DNA of 64,000 nucleotides from positions 32,001 through 96,000 of the forward strand of contig CAWJMT010000005.1 in NCBI GenBank assembly GCA_963844035.1, written 5' to 3'. The stretch comes from an uncultured Gemmatimonadales bacterium. GTDB lineage: Bacteria > Gemmatimonadota > Gemmatimonadetes > Gemmatimonadales > GWC2-71-9. The position numbers were made by a program, and so were the translations under genes. Within the stretch, counting starts at the first letter, position 1; the number at the start of each line of letters is the position of its first letter. Positions 51,306 through 61,608 of this stretch are shown one piece after another. Below the pieces are notes generated by a model. That model did not search any database. It was not told the origin of the DNA and saw only the letters and a program-made list of their open reading frames with translations.

Positions 51306-52027
51306 GCGCGCTTCCGGCCGGGGGTTGGAGCCTTGAACCGATACCCGGCGCCGCGCACCGTCTCGATCACGTCGCCGGCGGGTCCGAGCTTTTGGCGCAA
51401 GCGCTGCACGTGCATGTCCACGGTGCGGGTCTGGATGTCCGGCTGAGCCTGCCACACCGTCTCGAGCAGCTGCGCGCGGCTCTGCACCCGCCCCTGGCGC
51501 TCCATGAGCGTGCGCAGCAGCCGGAATTCGGTGGCGGTGAGCTCGATCTCGCGGCCGTTCACGGTTGCCTGGTGGGCGGTCTTGTCGAGCGCGATGGTGC
51601 CGGCGGCGAGCAGGCCTCCGGACGCGATGGCGGGTGCGGCGAGCCGCCGCAACACGGCGCCGACGCGCAGCACCAATTCGGGCGGCGAAAACGGCTTCGG
51701 CAGGTAGTCATCGGCGCCGAGCGACAGACCCTTGATGCGGTCGGGCTCGTCTTTGCGCGCGGTGAGCACGATGACGCCGATGTCCTTCGTCTCCTCCTGC
51801 CGGCGCAGCTCGGCCAGCACTTCGTACCCGGACAGGCCGGGGAGCATCAGGTCGAGGACGATCAGGTCGGGGCGCTCTTCCCGCGCGGCGCGCAGCGCGT
51901 CGCGACCGTTGGCGGCGGTGGTGACCCGGTAGCTCGCCTTGGCGAGGTGGTAGGCGACGAGTGCCGTAATGTCCGGCTCATCGTCCACCACGAGGATGCG
52001 CTGCCCGGCCGGCGGTGCGGAACTCAT
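51302..52027 (-). CDS. phoB: OmpR-family response regulator
   Basis: ILVVDDE, LDLMLPG, GADDY..KPFSP, LTATEF, TRTVDMHVQRLRQK, ETVRGAGY. Confidence 0.9.
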   Translation of the reverse strand: MSSAPPAGQRILVVDDEPDITALVAYHLAKASYRVTTAANGRDALRAAREERPDLIVLDLMLPGLSGYEVLAELRRQEETKDIGVIVLTARKDEPDRIKGLSLGADDYLPKPFSPPELVLRVGAVLRRLAAPAIASGGLLAAGTIALDKTAHQATVNGREIELTATEFRLLRTLMERQGRVQSRAQLLETVWQAQPDIQTRTVDMHVQRLRQKLGPAGDVIETVRGAGYRFKAPTPGRKRA

Positions 52028-52296
52028 AGCTGCACGTCTCCCCCGGGGTCGCGGCGCTTGAGCTTCCGCACGGCGTTCGCAGCGCCGGCCTTCGCGCGCG
52101 CTGTGGCATCGGTGTCCCGCACCAGCGTCACGACGGCGCGATCGCCGTCGGCCTCGACCGTCACGGCGAGCACGTCGTCGCCCCGGGTGCCGCGGGGCAA
52201 CAACCAGCGCGGCAGATCGAAAAATCCGGCGCCGTCCACTTCGACAACGGTCCGATTGTCCTCGTGGCGGTCCACGATCAGGCGATGGGCGTTCAT
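52024..52296 (-). CDS. DUF3006-like small protein
   Basis: IVDRHEDNRTVVE...LP..LLP.G...DDVL; follows an MBL-fold gene as is typical. Confidence 0.7.
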   Translation of the reverse strand: MNAHRLIVDRHEDNRTVVEVDGAGFFDLPRWLLPRGTRGDDVLAVTVEADGDRAVVTLVRDTDATARAKAGAANAVRKLKRRDPGGDVQL

Positions 52297-52317
52297 AGGG
52301 GGCTCCCAGTCGTGGCT

Positions 52318-53203
52318 TCAGTGCGGGCGTGGCAGGCTTCCAGCGCGCGCGGCGGTGACACGCCACGCGCCCGTGGGGCGCACGCGTACGGTAATCGTGC
52401 CCCGGTCCGCCGTGCAGTAGACCGGGATGCCCCGCGCTTTGATCATGGCCAGCACTTCAGCGAAGGGATGTTGCCGCCCATTCGCGCTGATGAGCACGGC
52501 GCGCGGCTGCACGACATTCAAGAGATCGGCGGTGGTCGCATTGGTCGAGCCGTGGTGGCCGGCCTTCAGCACGTCGGCGCGGAGCAGCGCGGGCCGGGTC
52601 ATCATCCACCAGCCGAACTCCGCCTCCTCGGCGTCGCCCGGGAACAGCATCGCGAACGTGCCATGCGTCAAGCGTACGCCGAGTGAGCAGTTGTTGATCG
52701 CGTCGCCGCCGGCGGTGGTGTCGAGCGTGCGGCAGCCCGGGGGTGGCGCGAGAATCCGGAGCGTGACCGTACTGCCGCCAGTCACCAGCGTGATCGTCCG
52801 CACCCCGGTATCGGCGGTGACGACGGTGATGTGCTTGGCGCTGACGGCCCGAAGCAGCGCGAGGTAGGTCTCCGCCGTCCGTCGGCGTTCCACCGTAGAT
52901 GAAGGCGCGTACGGGAATCTGGGCGATCACCCCGGCCATGCCGCCGTAGTGGTCGGCGTGGGGGTGCGACAGAATCAGGGCGGCGAGGGTATCGACGCGA
53001 AACTCGTGCAGACGCGCGAGCACTGTGGCACTGTGATCGCTGGCGTCGATCAGGATATGGCGCGCCCGGCTCCCGACCGAATCGGTGATGAGAATGGCGT
53101 CGCCGCCCATGCGCGCGTCGCTCACGTCCAGCACCCGGATCAGGAGAACCGCCGAATCGCCGGGCGCCGCGAGCAGCGACGCGCAGAGGAAAACGGTCCA
53201 CAT
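52318..53203 (-). CDS. secreted ComEC/Rec2-type MBL-fold hydrolase without the channel domain (indel near 52885)
   Basis: Signal peptide, LDV, GDAILI, LSHPHADHYGG, NNCS, FPGDAE, KAGHHGS, HP. Confidence 0.82.
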
Positions 53204-53250
53204 GCGCCGTCAAGGTAGCGTCGCGAGCCGCGCCTTGGCAATTTTCGGGC

Positions 53251-54504
53251 ATGCGCGACGAACGGCTGCGAGTGTTTATCAACGAACGGCCGGTGGACGT
53301 CGCTTCCGGCGCGACCGTGCGGGACGCCGTCGCTGCGTTCGACCGCGGCCTCTCCGACATGCTGGCCACGGCGGCGGCCTATGTGACTGACGGTGTCGGC
53401 CGCGTCGTGGACGGCACGGATCCCGTGGGCGAAGCCGGCGGCGTGTTTCGCGTCGTGGTCACGGCAGGCCGCGGCGCTCCGCTCTTGTCGAAGGACACCC
53501 TGCGCCGTTGGCCCAAGGCCGAGCTGCACGTGCATCTGGACGGCAGCCTGCGGGCGGCGACGATGCTCGATCTCGGGCGCGAGCAGGGCATCCGCCTGCC
53601 GGCCGACACGCCCGACGCGTTGACGCGAGCCTTGGCCGGGTCGAAAGCGAAGAATCTCGAGGAGTACCTCGCGCGGTACCAGCTGACGCTCGCGGTCATG
53701 CAGACCGCCGCCGCGCTGGAGCGGATCGCGTACGAGCTGATCGTCGATCTCGCTGCGGAGCACGTTCGCTACGCGGAAGTGCGGTATTCGCCCCTGCTGC
53801 ACCGTCCGGCCCTGTCGCTGCCTGAGGCAATTGAGGCGCCGCTCCGCGGGTTCCGGCGGGCAGCCGCCGAGACGGGGACCAAGGTCGGGGTCATCGTGTG
53901 CGCGATTCGCACCCTCCCGCCGGCGCAATCGGTCGAGTTGGTGGAGGCAGCCGTGGACTATCAGGCCGCCGGGGTCGTCGGGTTCGACCTGGCCGGCGCC
54001 GAGCGGGGACACCCCGCGGAGGAGCACCGGGCGGCGTTCGCGCTCGCCGCGCGCCATGGGCTCGCGTGCACCTGTCACGCAGGTGAAGGGGACGGTCCCC
54101 GATCGATCCACCAGGCCATCCACGCCTGCGGCGCGCAGCGCATCGCCCACGGTACCCGGCTGGGAGAGGACCCTGCGCTGCTGGCGCACGTCATCGAGCG
54201 GCGGATTCCGCTCGACATGTGCATCACGAGCAACGTGCACACCCACGCGGTCGCGTCCGCTGCGGAGCATCCGCTGCGGCGCTATCTCGAGCAGGGAGTC
54301 GTCGTCACACTCAGCACCGACGGACGCCTGGTGGACGGCGTCACGCTCACCGATGAGTACCATCTCGCGCACACGGCGCTCGGGTTGGGCAGGGACGACC
54401 TCATGCGCCTGGTCTACAACGCCTGCGAAAACGCATTCCTTCCGGAGTTCGAGCGGGTGGCGTTGGTGGCGCGGGTAGAGAGCGAGATGGAGAGCATCGA
54501 ATGA
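53251..54504 (+). CDS. add: adenosine deaminase family enzyme with N-terminal ThiS/ubiquitin-like domain
   Basis: PKAELHVHLDGS, GFDLAG, HAGE, RIAHG, CITSN, HP; about 75-aa extension RVFINERPVDVASGATVRDAV. Confidence 0.8.
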   Translation: MRDERLRVFINERPVDVASGATVRDAVAAFDRGLSDMLATAAAYVTDGVGRVVDGTDPVGEAGGVFRVVVTAGRGAPLLSKDTLRRWPKAELHVHLDGSLRAATMLDLGREQGIRLPADTPDALTRALAGSKAKNLEEYLARYQLTLAVMQTAAALERIAYELIVDLAAEHVRYAEVRYSPLLHRPALSLPEAIEAPLRGFRRAAAETGTKVGVIVCAIRTLPPAQSVELVEAAVDYQAAGVVGFDLAGAERGHPAEEHRAAFALAARHGLACTCHAGEGDGPRSIHQAIHACGAQRIAHGTRLGEDPALLAHVIERRIPLDMCITSNVHTHAVASAAEHPLRRYLEQGVVVTLSTDGRLVDGVTLTDEYHLAHTALGLGRDDLMRLVYNACENAFLPEFERVALVARVESEMESIE

Positions 54505-55340
54505 AGGGGAAGGGGGACGAGGGAGGGGGGACGGGTACTGCCGAGCATGCGGCCGACATCGTCGCGAAACGCCTGGCCGGACTCGAGCCCCGCGTCGCGA
54601 TCGTGCTCGGCTCCGGTCTGGGGGGACTGGCCGATCAGATCCGTGACCCGCAGCGCATCCCGTATGTCGAGGTCCCGGGCTTCCCGGTTACCGGTGTGGC
54701 GGGCCACCAAGGCACGCTCGTAGTCGGCACGCTCGCGGGAGTCCCGGTGATCGTGCAGAGCGGCCGCTTCCACTTGTACGAGGGGTATGCCCCGAGTGTG
54801 GCGGCCCTACCGGTGCGCTTGTTTCACCGCCTCGGCGTGCGCACCCTGATCGTCACCAACGCGGCGGGGGGAATCCGCGCCACGTTCCGGCCCGGCACCC
54901 TCATGGTGATCGCCGATCACATCAATCTGATGATGCGGAATCCCCTCACCGGCCCGGTCGAACCCGGTGAGGAGCGTTTTCCGGACATGAGCGATCCCTA
55001 TGACGCCGGGCTCCGCGCCCGCGCAAGCGATGCCGCCCGCGACGCCACAGTGCCGCTCGAGGCGGGAGTGTACGCCGGTGTGCTCGGTCCCTCGTACGAG
55101 ACGCCGGCGGAGATCCGCATGCTGCAGCGCCTCGGCGCCGACGCCGTCGGGATGTCTACGGTGCCCGAGGTGTTGGTCGCCCGCGCGTGCGGCATGTCGT
55201 GTCTCGGCTTTTCCGTGATTGCGAACATGGCGGCCGGGTTGTCTTCGGAGAAACTGTCGCACGAAGACGTGGTGGCCGCGGGTGCGCGGGCCGTAGGTCG
55301 GTTGGCGGCGGTTGTGGCGGGAGTGGTGCGTCGTTTGTAG
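54501..55340 (+). CDS. punA: purine-nucleoside phosphorylase (trimeric type)
   Basis: IVLGSGLG, GRFHLYEG, TNAAGG, GPSYETPAE, GADAVGMSTVPE. Confidence 0.93.
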   Translation: MKGKGDEGGGTGTAEHAADIVAKRLAGLEPRVAIVLGSGLGGLADQIRDPQRIPYVEVPGFPVTGVAGHQGTLVVGTLAGVPVIVQSGRFHLYEGYAPSVAALPVRLFHRLGVRTLIVTNAAGGIRATFRPGTLMVIADHINLMMRNPLTGPVEPGEERFPDMSDPYDAGLRARASDAARDATVPLEAGVYAGVLGPSYETPAEIRMLQRLGADAVGMSTVPEVLVARACGMSCLGFSVIANMAAGLSSEKLSHEDVVAAGARAVGRLAAVVAGVVRRL

Positions 55341-56153
55341 CTAGAGCCCTTCAATCGGCGGACGCGGCGGCCCCGGAACGAAGTGGTTCAGCGGCCCGTG
55401 TCCGCGCCCCAGACCCGGCGCGGCCGCGATCGCCCGCTGCACGAAGTCCACCGCATCTTCGACTGCCCGTTCGAGCGGCCGCCCATGCGCGAGCCCCGCG
55501 GCGATCGCAGCCGACAGCGTGCACCCCGTGCCATGCGTTGCGGTGGTGTCGATGCGAGGGTGGGTGAATACCCTCGTTACGCCCCCGTCTACCATCAGGA
55601 TGTCCTGAATTTCGTCGTCCATCAGGTGTCCGCCGGTGACCAGCGCTGCCCGCGCGCCCAGCTTGAGCAGCGCCCGTCCCGCGCGCGCCATGTGCGCGGG
55701 GGTGCGAACCTCCTCACCCACGAGGATGGCCGCCTCGTGGAGGTTGGGCGTGACGAGGGCCGCGAGAGGGATGAGGCGCCGGACGATCTCGTGCTCCGCG
55801 TCGCGGTCGAGCAGGCGGTCGCCGGAGGTCGCGACCATCACCGGATCGAGCACATAGGTGCGCAGGCCGTGCCGCCCGATCGCGTCGGCGACCGCCGTGA
55901 CGATCTCGGCGGAGCCCAGCATGCCGCTTTTCAAGGCGAGCGGGGGAAGGTCGGTGGCGACCGCGTCGATCTGTTGGACCACAAGATCGGACGGCTGGGC
56001 CTTCCACGCCCGCACCCCGAGCGTGTTTTGGGCCGTCACCGCCGTGATCACGCTGGTGCCGAAAACCCCGAACTGGTGGAACGTCTTGAGGTCGGCCTGG
56101 ATCCCGGCCCCACCGCCCGAGTCCGATCCGGCGATGGTGAGGGCGATCCTCAT
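55341..56153 (-). CDS. thiD: hydroxymethylpyrimidine/phosphomethylpyrimidine kinase
   Basis: [44 protein letters not shown]. Confidence 0.95.
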   Translation of the reverse strand: MRIALTIAGSDSGGGAGIQADLKTFHQFGVFGTSVITAVTAQNTLGVRAWKAQPSDLVVQQIDAVATDLPPLALKSGMLGSAEIVTAVADAIGRHGLRTYVLDPVMVATSGDRLLDRDAEHEIVRRLIPLAALVTPNLHEAAILVGEEVRTPAHMARAGRALLKLGARAALVTGGHLMDDEIQDILMVDGGVTRVFTHPRIDTTATHGTGCTLSAAIAAGLAHGRPLERAVEDAVDFVQRAIAAAPGLGRGHGPLNHFVPGPPRPPIEGL

Positions 56154-56252
56154 CGGCTCACCGCGGCGCCCAGCGCTTGGCAAACCTCGTCGCTCCCGCG
56201 AGCTTTAAAGGCCGCACGCGGTAGCACAGCCCACAGGCAGGAGACGGGACGC

Positions 56253-57056
56253 ATACCGAGTAATCTGCAGTCAACGCTGCTTGACTTACAGCGCCGCAAG
56301 GCGCGTGGCCGCCGGGGCCTCGCGTTGGTCGAGGGCGTGCGGCTCGTGGAGGAAGCGCTGGCCGCCGGCCTCAAGCTGCGGGGCGCCCTCGTGTCCCCCG
56401 ACCTCGAGCGCACGGCCCGGGGCACGGCGTTGCGCGTGGAGCTCAAGCGCCAGGGAATCGTCGTCGAGGAGATTTCCGCGCGGGCGCTCGACAAGCTTGC
56501 CGATACCGAGACACCGCAAGGCATCGTCGCGGTGGTGGAGCCGCGGAAGTGGGTGGCCGACGAGCTGCCACTTGCCGGCGGCGGCGTGGTGCTCGTGATC
56601 GACGGGGTGCAGGATCCCGGCAATGTCGGAACGTTGATCCGCACCGCCCATTCGCTGGGCGCCGCCGGCACGGTCGTGCTCCGCGGCACGGCCGACATCG
56701 TGAGTCCCAAGGCGCTCCGGGCGGCGATGGGGGCCACGTTCCGGCACCCGGTGGTGGCGCTCGACGACGCGGGGTTCATCGCCTGGGCGCGCAAGCACGG
56801 CGTCACGCTATGGGCCGCCGCGGCGGACGGGACGCCGCTCCACAAAGCCCTTCCCGAGCCCGGGCGGGGCAAGGGGGATGTGGGGCGCGATTCGCCGATC
56901 GCGGTGATCGTCGGGAACGAGGGGGCCGGGGTTCGTCCCCAGCTGAACGCGGTGTCGACCAAGCGGGTTGCCATCCCGCTTTCTCAGGGCGCCGAATCCC
57001 TGAATGTCGCGGTGGCCGCGGGGATCCTCCTGTACGAGGTGTTGCGTGGCCATTGA
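56253..57056 (+). CDS. TrmH/SpoU-family RNA methyltransferase (start uncertain)
   Basis: VEGVRLVEE, TETPQG, QDPGNVGTLIRTA, GNEGAG, ESLNVAVAAGILLYE. Confidence 0.9.
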   Translation: MPSNLQSTLLDLQRRKARGRRGLALVEGVRLVEEALAAGLKLRGALVSPDLERTARGTALRVELKRQGIVVEEISARALDKLADTETPQGIVAVVEPRKWVADELPLAGGGVVLVIDGVQDPGNVGTLIRTAHSLGAAGTVVLRGTADIVSPKALRAAMGATFRHPVVALDDAGFIAWARKHGVTLWAAAADGTPLHKALPEPGRGKGDVGRDSPIAVIVGNEGAGVRPQLNAVSTKRVAIPLSQGAESLNVAVAAGILLYEVLRGH

Positions 57057-57843
57057 TGTCCTGGCGCTGTTGATCGCCGGGGTCGTGGGCCTGTGTTTTG
57101 GCAGCTTCCTCAATGTCTGTATCCTGCGACTTCCCAACGACGCGCCCAAAGACCGTTCCCTCATCCATCCTCCGTCGTCCTGTCCCAGGTGCAAGCATCT
57201 CATCGATTGGCGTGACAATATCCCCGTCGTGTCGTGGCTGGTGTTGGGCGGCAAGTGCCGCTGGTGCCAGGCACCGATTTCACGCCAGTACCCGATCATC
57301 GAAGCCATCGTGGGCCTGCTGTGGGTGAGCGCGGCGGCGAAGTACGGAGTCAGCGCCCACGGGCTCGCGGCAGGCATCTTCGGCACCGTGCTGCTTGGAA
57401 TCGGCATCATCGATTGGCGGCACAAGATCATCCCGGACGAGCTCAGCTATGGCGGACTGGTGCTGGGCCTCGCGATCTCCCTCGCCGGCGGGGCACCCGG
57501 TTTCGTGCAGGCCGTGCTGGGGGCCGCGGTCGGCTGGGGCTTGTTTTGGGCGATCCGCGTGGTTGGCGGGTGGCTGTTCAAGCAGGAGGCGATGGGGTGG
57601 GGGGACATCAAGATGATGGCCATGGTGGGCGCGTTCGTCGGCTGGAAGAACGTCCTGATCACTCTGTTTCTCGGCGCACTCACGGGCAGCCTGGTGTACG
57701 TGCCGTTGCTGCTTCGCGACCTGCGCAACATGCAACGACACGAAGTCCCCTTCGGGGTATTCCTGGCCATAGCGGCGGCGATCACCTTCGTGTCGGGGGA
57801 CTCCATCATTTCCTGGTACCTGCAGTTCCTCCACGGCAGCTGA
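57046..57843 (+). CDS. pilD: prepilin peptidase (A24)
   Basis: GSFLNVCILRLP, two CxxC, DNIP, YP..E, MGWGDIK, VPFG.FL. Confidence 0.93.
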   Translation: MAIDVLALLIAGVVGLCFGSFLNVCILRLPNDAPKDRSLIHPPSSCPRCKHLIDWRDNIPVVSWLVLGGKCRWCQAPISRQYPIIEAIVGLLWVSAAAKYGVSAHGLAAGIFGTVLLGIGIIDWRHKIIPDELSYGGLVLGLAISLAGGAPGFVQAVLGAAVGWGLFWAIRVVGGWLFKQEAMGWGDIKMMAMVGAFVGWKNVLITLFLGALTGSLVYVPLLLRDLRNMQRHEVPFGVFLAIAAAITFVSGDSIISWYLQFLHGS

Positions 57844-57847
57844 GCCG

Positions 57848-58997
57848 ATGAGCGATTCGCTCAGCGGCCTGTTCGAAACAGGCGACGTGCTGGAACGAGT
57901 CGGCGTCGATCTCACGGCACAAGCGCGGCGCGGCGACCTCGAGCCGGTGCGCTGCCGCGACGCCGAAATTTCCCGCGTCATCGATATCGTGCTGCGGCAG
58001 AGCAAGAACAACCCCGCCCTCATCGGGAGTGCCGGAGTCGGCAAGACGGCGATCGTCGAGGGCCTGGCGCAGCGGATTGCCGCGGGTGAGGTCCCACCGG
58101 CGCTGAAGGACGCGCGGATCGTCGCCCTCGACCACGTCGCCCTGCTGGCGGGAACCGCGTTCCGCGGCCAGTACGAGGAGCGCGTCCGCAAACTCGTCCG
58201 GGCACTCGGGGCGGACCCCGATCTCATCCTGTTCGTGGACGAGCTGCACAACCTGATGGGCCAGGGCACTGCCATGGGCGCCGCGATGGATGCCGCCAAC
58301 ATGCTGAAGCCGGCCCTGGTGCGCGGCGACATCCGCGTCATCGGCGCGACCACCGGGGGCGAGTACGACCGCTGGGTGCGGGGCGACCCCGCGCTCGAGC
58401 GGCGCTTCCAGCCCGTGCCGGTGGAAGAGCTCGACGCCATCCAGACGTGGGAAGTCCTCGTCGCACGCCGGCCGCGGCTCGAGCGCCACCACGCCGTCGC
58501 GATTACCGACGACGCGCTCAAGGCTGCGATCGTGCTCACCGACCGCTTCGTGCTCGACCGCGCGCGTCCCGACAAAGCGATCGACGTGCTCGATGAAGCG
58601 TGCGCGCACGCCCAGGCGACGGCCCGCGTGTCGCCCGAGCTCGACCGCTTGATCCGCGAGCGACGCAAAGTGGATGGGTTGATCCGGCGGGGAGGGGGAG
58701 GAGGGCAACGCGAGCGCTGAGCAAGGACCTGCCGACGACCTGGTGGCGGAGATCTTTCCGGTGCTGGAACGGATCGGAGAAGAGATCGAAAGAATGCTGG
58801 GCGGGCAGGCCAAAGCCGCGGAGCCTCCGCCCGCCAGCCCGGCTGCCCGCCCGACCGCCACACTTGCGGACCAGCGGGCAGAACTCGACCGTCTCCTCCG
58901 TACCGAGCTCGAGCGTCAAGGCATCGTCGTGGGCGGACAGGACGTCGCCCGGGTGGTCGCGATGGCGGTCGGAAAGGGGATCGAGTGGACCGGATGA
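57848..58997 (+). CDS. Clp/Hsp100-like ATPase with NBD1 only (indel near 58700)
   Basis: KNNPALIGSAGVGKT, LFVDELH, DAANMLKPAL, DPALERRFQ, PDKAIDVLDEA; short helical tail. Confidence 0.8.
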
Positions 58998-60223
58998 AAA
59001 CCGCATGGTTGTCGTTTACGCTGGCAGCGATCACGCTGGCGGCGTTCGGAGTGTTGGCGTGCGGTGAGCGGGCAAGGGAAGTGCAGGGCGAATCCGAGCT
59101 GAAGCGCGCGGTGGACCAGATGATGCCCGCGGTGGAGCGTGCCACGGGACTCAAGTTCAAGCGGCATCCGTCGGTGCTGCGACGCACCCGGGCGGAGGTG
59201 CGAAACTACGTCGTCCACAAGTTCGACGAGGACCTGCCGGCTACTGAGTTGGCTGACGCGCAGGCGGCCTACCGGCTCTTCGGGTTGCTCCCCGACTCGG
59301 TGGACCTGCTGCGCATGATGATCGACCTCCTGACGGAACAGGTGGCGGGCTACTACGATGCCGACTCGGCCGCCCTGTACATTCCTACGGATGTCGACCC
59401 CGCGCAGGCGCGGCTCGTCATTTCGCACGAGCTGGTCCACGCGCTGCAGGGACAGTACGTCGATTTGAATTCTCTCATCCAGCAGCCGCACCAAAACGAC
59501 CGTCGCTCCGCCGCGCAGGCGATCCTGGAAGGACAGGCGACGCTCGCGCAGATCCTCGTCCTCATGCCCGAGCAGAAGGTCGAGAGCCTGCCGAACTTTT
59601 GGGAGCTGCGCAATGCACTCGGCACCCAGCAGGCGCAGATGGCTGTCTTCTCCCAGGCGCCCCAATGGCTGCGAGAGCGCCTGATCTTTCCGTACCTGGC
59701 GGGCGCGGAATTCATGCGACACTTCGAGCAGGCGCACCGGGGAAAGCAACCATTTGGCCCCCTCATGCCTGTGTCCACCGAACAGATCCTGCACGCCGAC
59801 CGCTACGAAGCGGGAGACCGGCCCACCGAATTGGCGTTCATCTCGCCCACGGCCGACACCCTGCGATACGAGGACGACCTGGGTGAATTCGAGATGCGGC
59901 TGTTGCTCGCCCAGCTGCTCGAGAACGAGGCACAGGCGACCCACCTTTCTACCGGATGGGACGGCGACCGCTACGCCGTGCTCGGTGCGGCGGCCGATGC
60001 CCTGGTGTGGTACACGGTATGGGACGACCGCGCGACGGCCGATCGCTTTGCGGTGGGCCTCAAGGCCGCCTGGGTCAAGCGGCGGGCCGGCGGTCCCGCG
60101 GGGCGGCGGTCGGAAATCGTTCGCCTGCCGCTGGGGACCCTGCCGGCCGTGCGCCTGATGGACGCGCCGGAGAGCTGGGTTGGCTGGAAACACCCGCCCA
60201 AGGTGCGTGTCGCAGGTAAGTAG
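58994..60223 (+). CDS. lipoprotein with zincin HExxH motif
   Basis: Lipobox VLAC, VAGYYD, HELVHALQ, EGQAT, FPY..G, STEQILH, GWDGDRY. Confidence 0.75.
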   Translation: MKTAWLSFTLAAITLAAFGVLACGERAREVQGESELKRAVDQMMPAVERATGLKFKRHPSVLRRTRAEVRNYVVHKFDEDLPATELADAQAAYRLFGLLPDSVDLLRMMIDLLTEQVAGYYDADSAALYIPTDVDPAQARLVISHELVHALQGQYVDLNSLIQQPHQNDRRSAAQAILEGQATLAQILVLMPEQKVESLPNFWELRNALGTQQAQMAVFSQAPQWLRERLIFPYLAGAEFMRHFEQAHRGKQPFGPLMPVSTEQILHADRYEAGDRPTELAFISPTADTLRYEDDLGEFEMRLLLAQLLENEAQATHLSTGWDGDRYAVLGAAADALVWYTVWDDRATADRFAVGLKAAWVKRRAGGPAGRRSEIVRLPLGTLPAVRLMDAPESWVGWKHPPKVRVAGK

Positions 60224-60268
60224 CCCCCACTTGGTTTCGAGCACCTCGCTAAGTAGCTTCACGGGCTT

Positions 60269-61598
60269 ATGTTTACGGCGCTGTCCGAGCAGCTGACCGC
60301 GGTCCTCAAGAGGCTCACGGGCCGCGGCGTGCTGTCCGGGGACGACGTGACCGAGGCGCTGCGCGAAATCCGGCGTCATCTGCTCGAGGCGGACGTGAGC
60401 TTCGAGGTCACGCGCGGATTTGTGGAGCGGGTGCGCGAGCAGGCGATCGGCGCCGTGAAACTCGGCTCCGTGAGCCCGGGCCAGCAGGTGGTCAAGCTGG
60501 TGCGCGACGAGATCGCCCGGATGCTGGGCGCATCGGACGACGATCTCGCAGCCAAGGTGGCACGGCATGCCACGCCCCTCCAGCTCGCGTCCGTCGGTCC
60601 GACGGTCATCCTGCTGGTCGGGCTGCAGGGTTCGGGCAAGACGACGACCGCAGCGAAGCTCGCGCGCCGTCTGAAGCTCGAGCAGAAGGCGCCGGGGTTG
60701 GTGGCGGCGGACGTGTACCGGCCGGCGGCGCGCGAGCAACTCGCGCAGCTCGGCGGCGCAGGTTGGTGTGCCGGTGTTTGGGGCAGCGGAAGAGGGAAGC
60801 GGGAAGAGTGTCGTCGACGTGGTTCGCGACGCGCTCAAGGCCGCTGAAAAGGAACGCTGCCGCGCCGTCATCGTGGACACCGCCGGCCGCTCGCAGGTCG
60901 ACGCCGAGCTGATGGACGAGCTGCGCGCGCTCAAGGCCGCCGCGTCACCGCGCGAGATCCTGCTCGTGGCCGACGGCATGACGGGGCAGGACGCGGTGCG
61001 GTTGGCGCGCGGGTTTCACGACGGGGTCGGGTTGACCGGCGTGATCCTGACCAAGCTCGACGGCGACGCGCGGGGCGGGGCGGCGCTCTCGATCCACGGC
61101 GTCACCGGAGTGCCGATCAAGTACGTCGGCACCGGCGAGCAGGTGGATGCGTTCGAGCCGTTCGATCCCGTGCGCATGGCGGGTCGGATCCTCGGGCAGG
61201 GCGACGTGGTCGCGCTGGTCGAGAAAGCGGCGGCGACGATCGACGCGGACGCTGCCAAACGGCTCGAGCAGAAGGCACGCTCCAAGCGCGGCATGGACCT
61301 CGCCGATTTTCTGGTGGCGTTGAAGCAGATGCAGGCGATGGGGCCCATCAAGAACGTGCTCGGGATGTTGCCGGGGATGAGCGCCAAGGTGCTGAAGGAC
61401 GTACCGGCCGACGACAAGCGCCTCAAGCACGTCGAGGCGATCGTGTTGTCGATGACGCCGAAGGAACGGGCGGACCCGAAGATCCTGAACGGTTCGCGCA
61501 AGCTGCGAATCGCGAAGGGGGCGGGGCGTCCGGTGCAGGAAGTCAACCGATTGCTGGAGCAGTTCCAGCAGATGCGCAAGCTCCTACAGAAGGTGTAA
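60269..61598 (+). CDS. ffh: signal recognition particle protein (indel near 60760)
   Basis: LLEADV, GLQGSGKTT, DVYRPAA, DTAGR, TKLDGDARGG, SMT..ER M-domain. Confidence 0.95.
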
Positions 61599-61608
61599 GG
61601 ACGACTCT

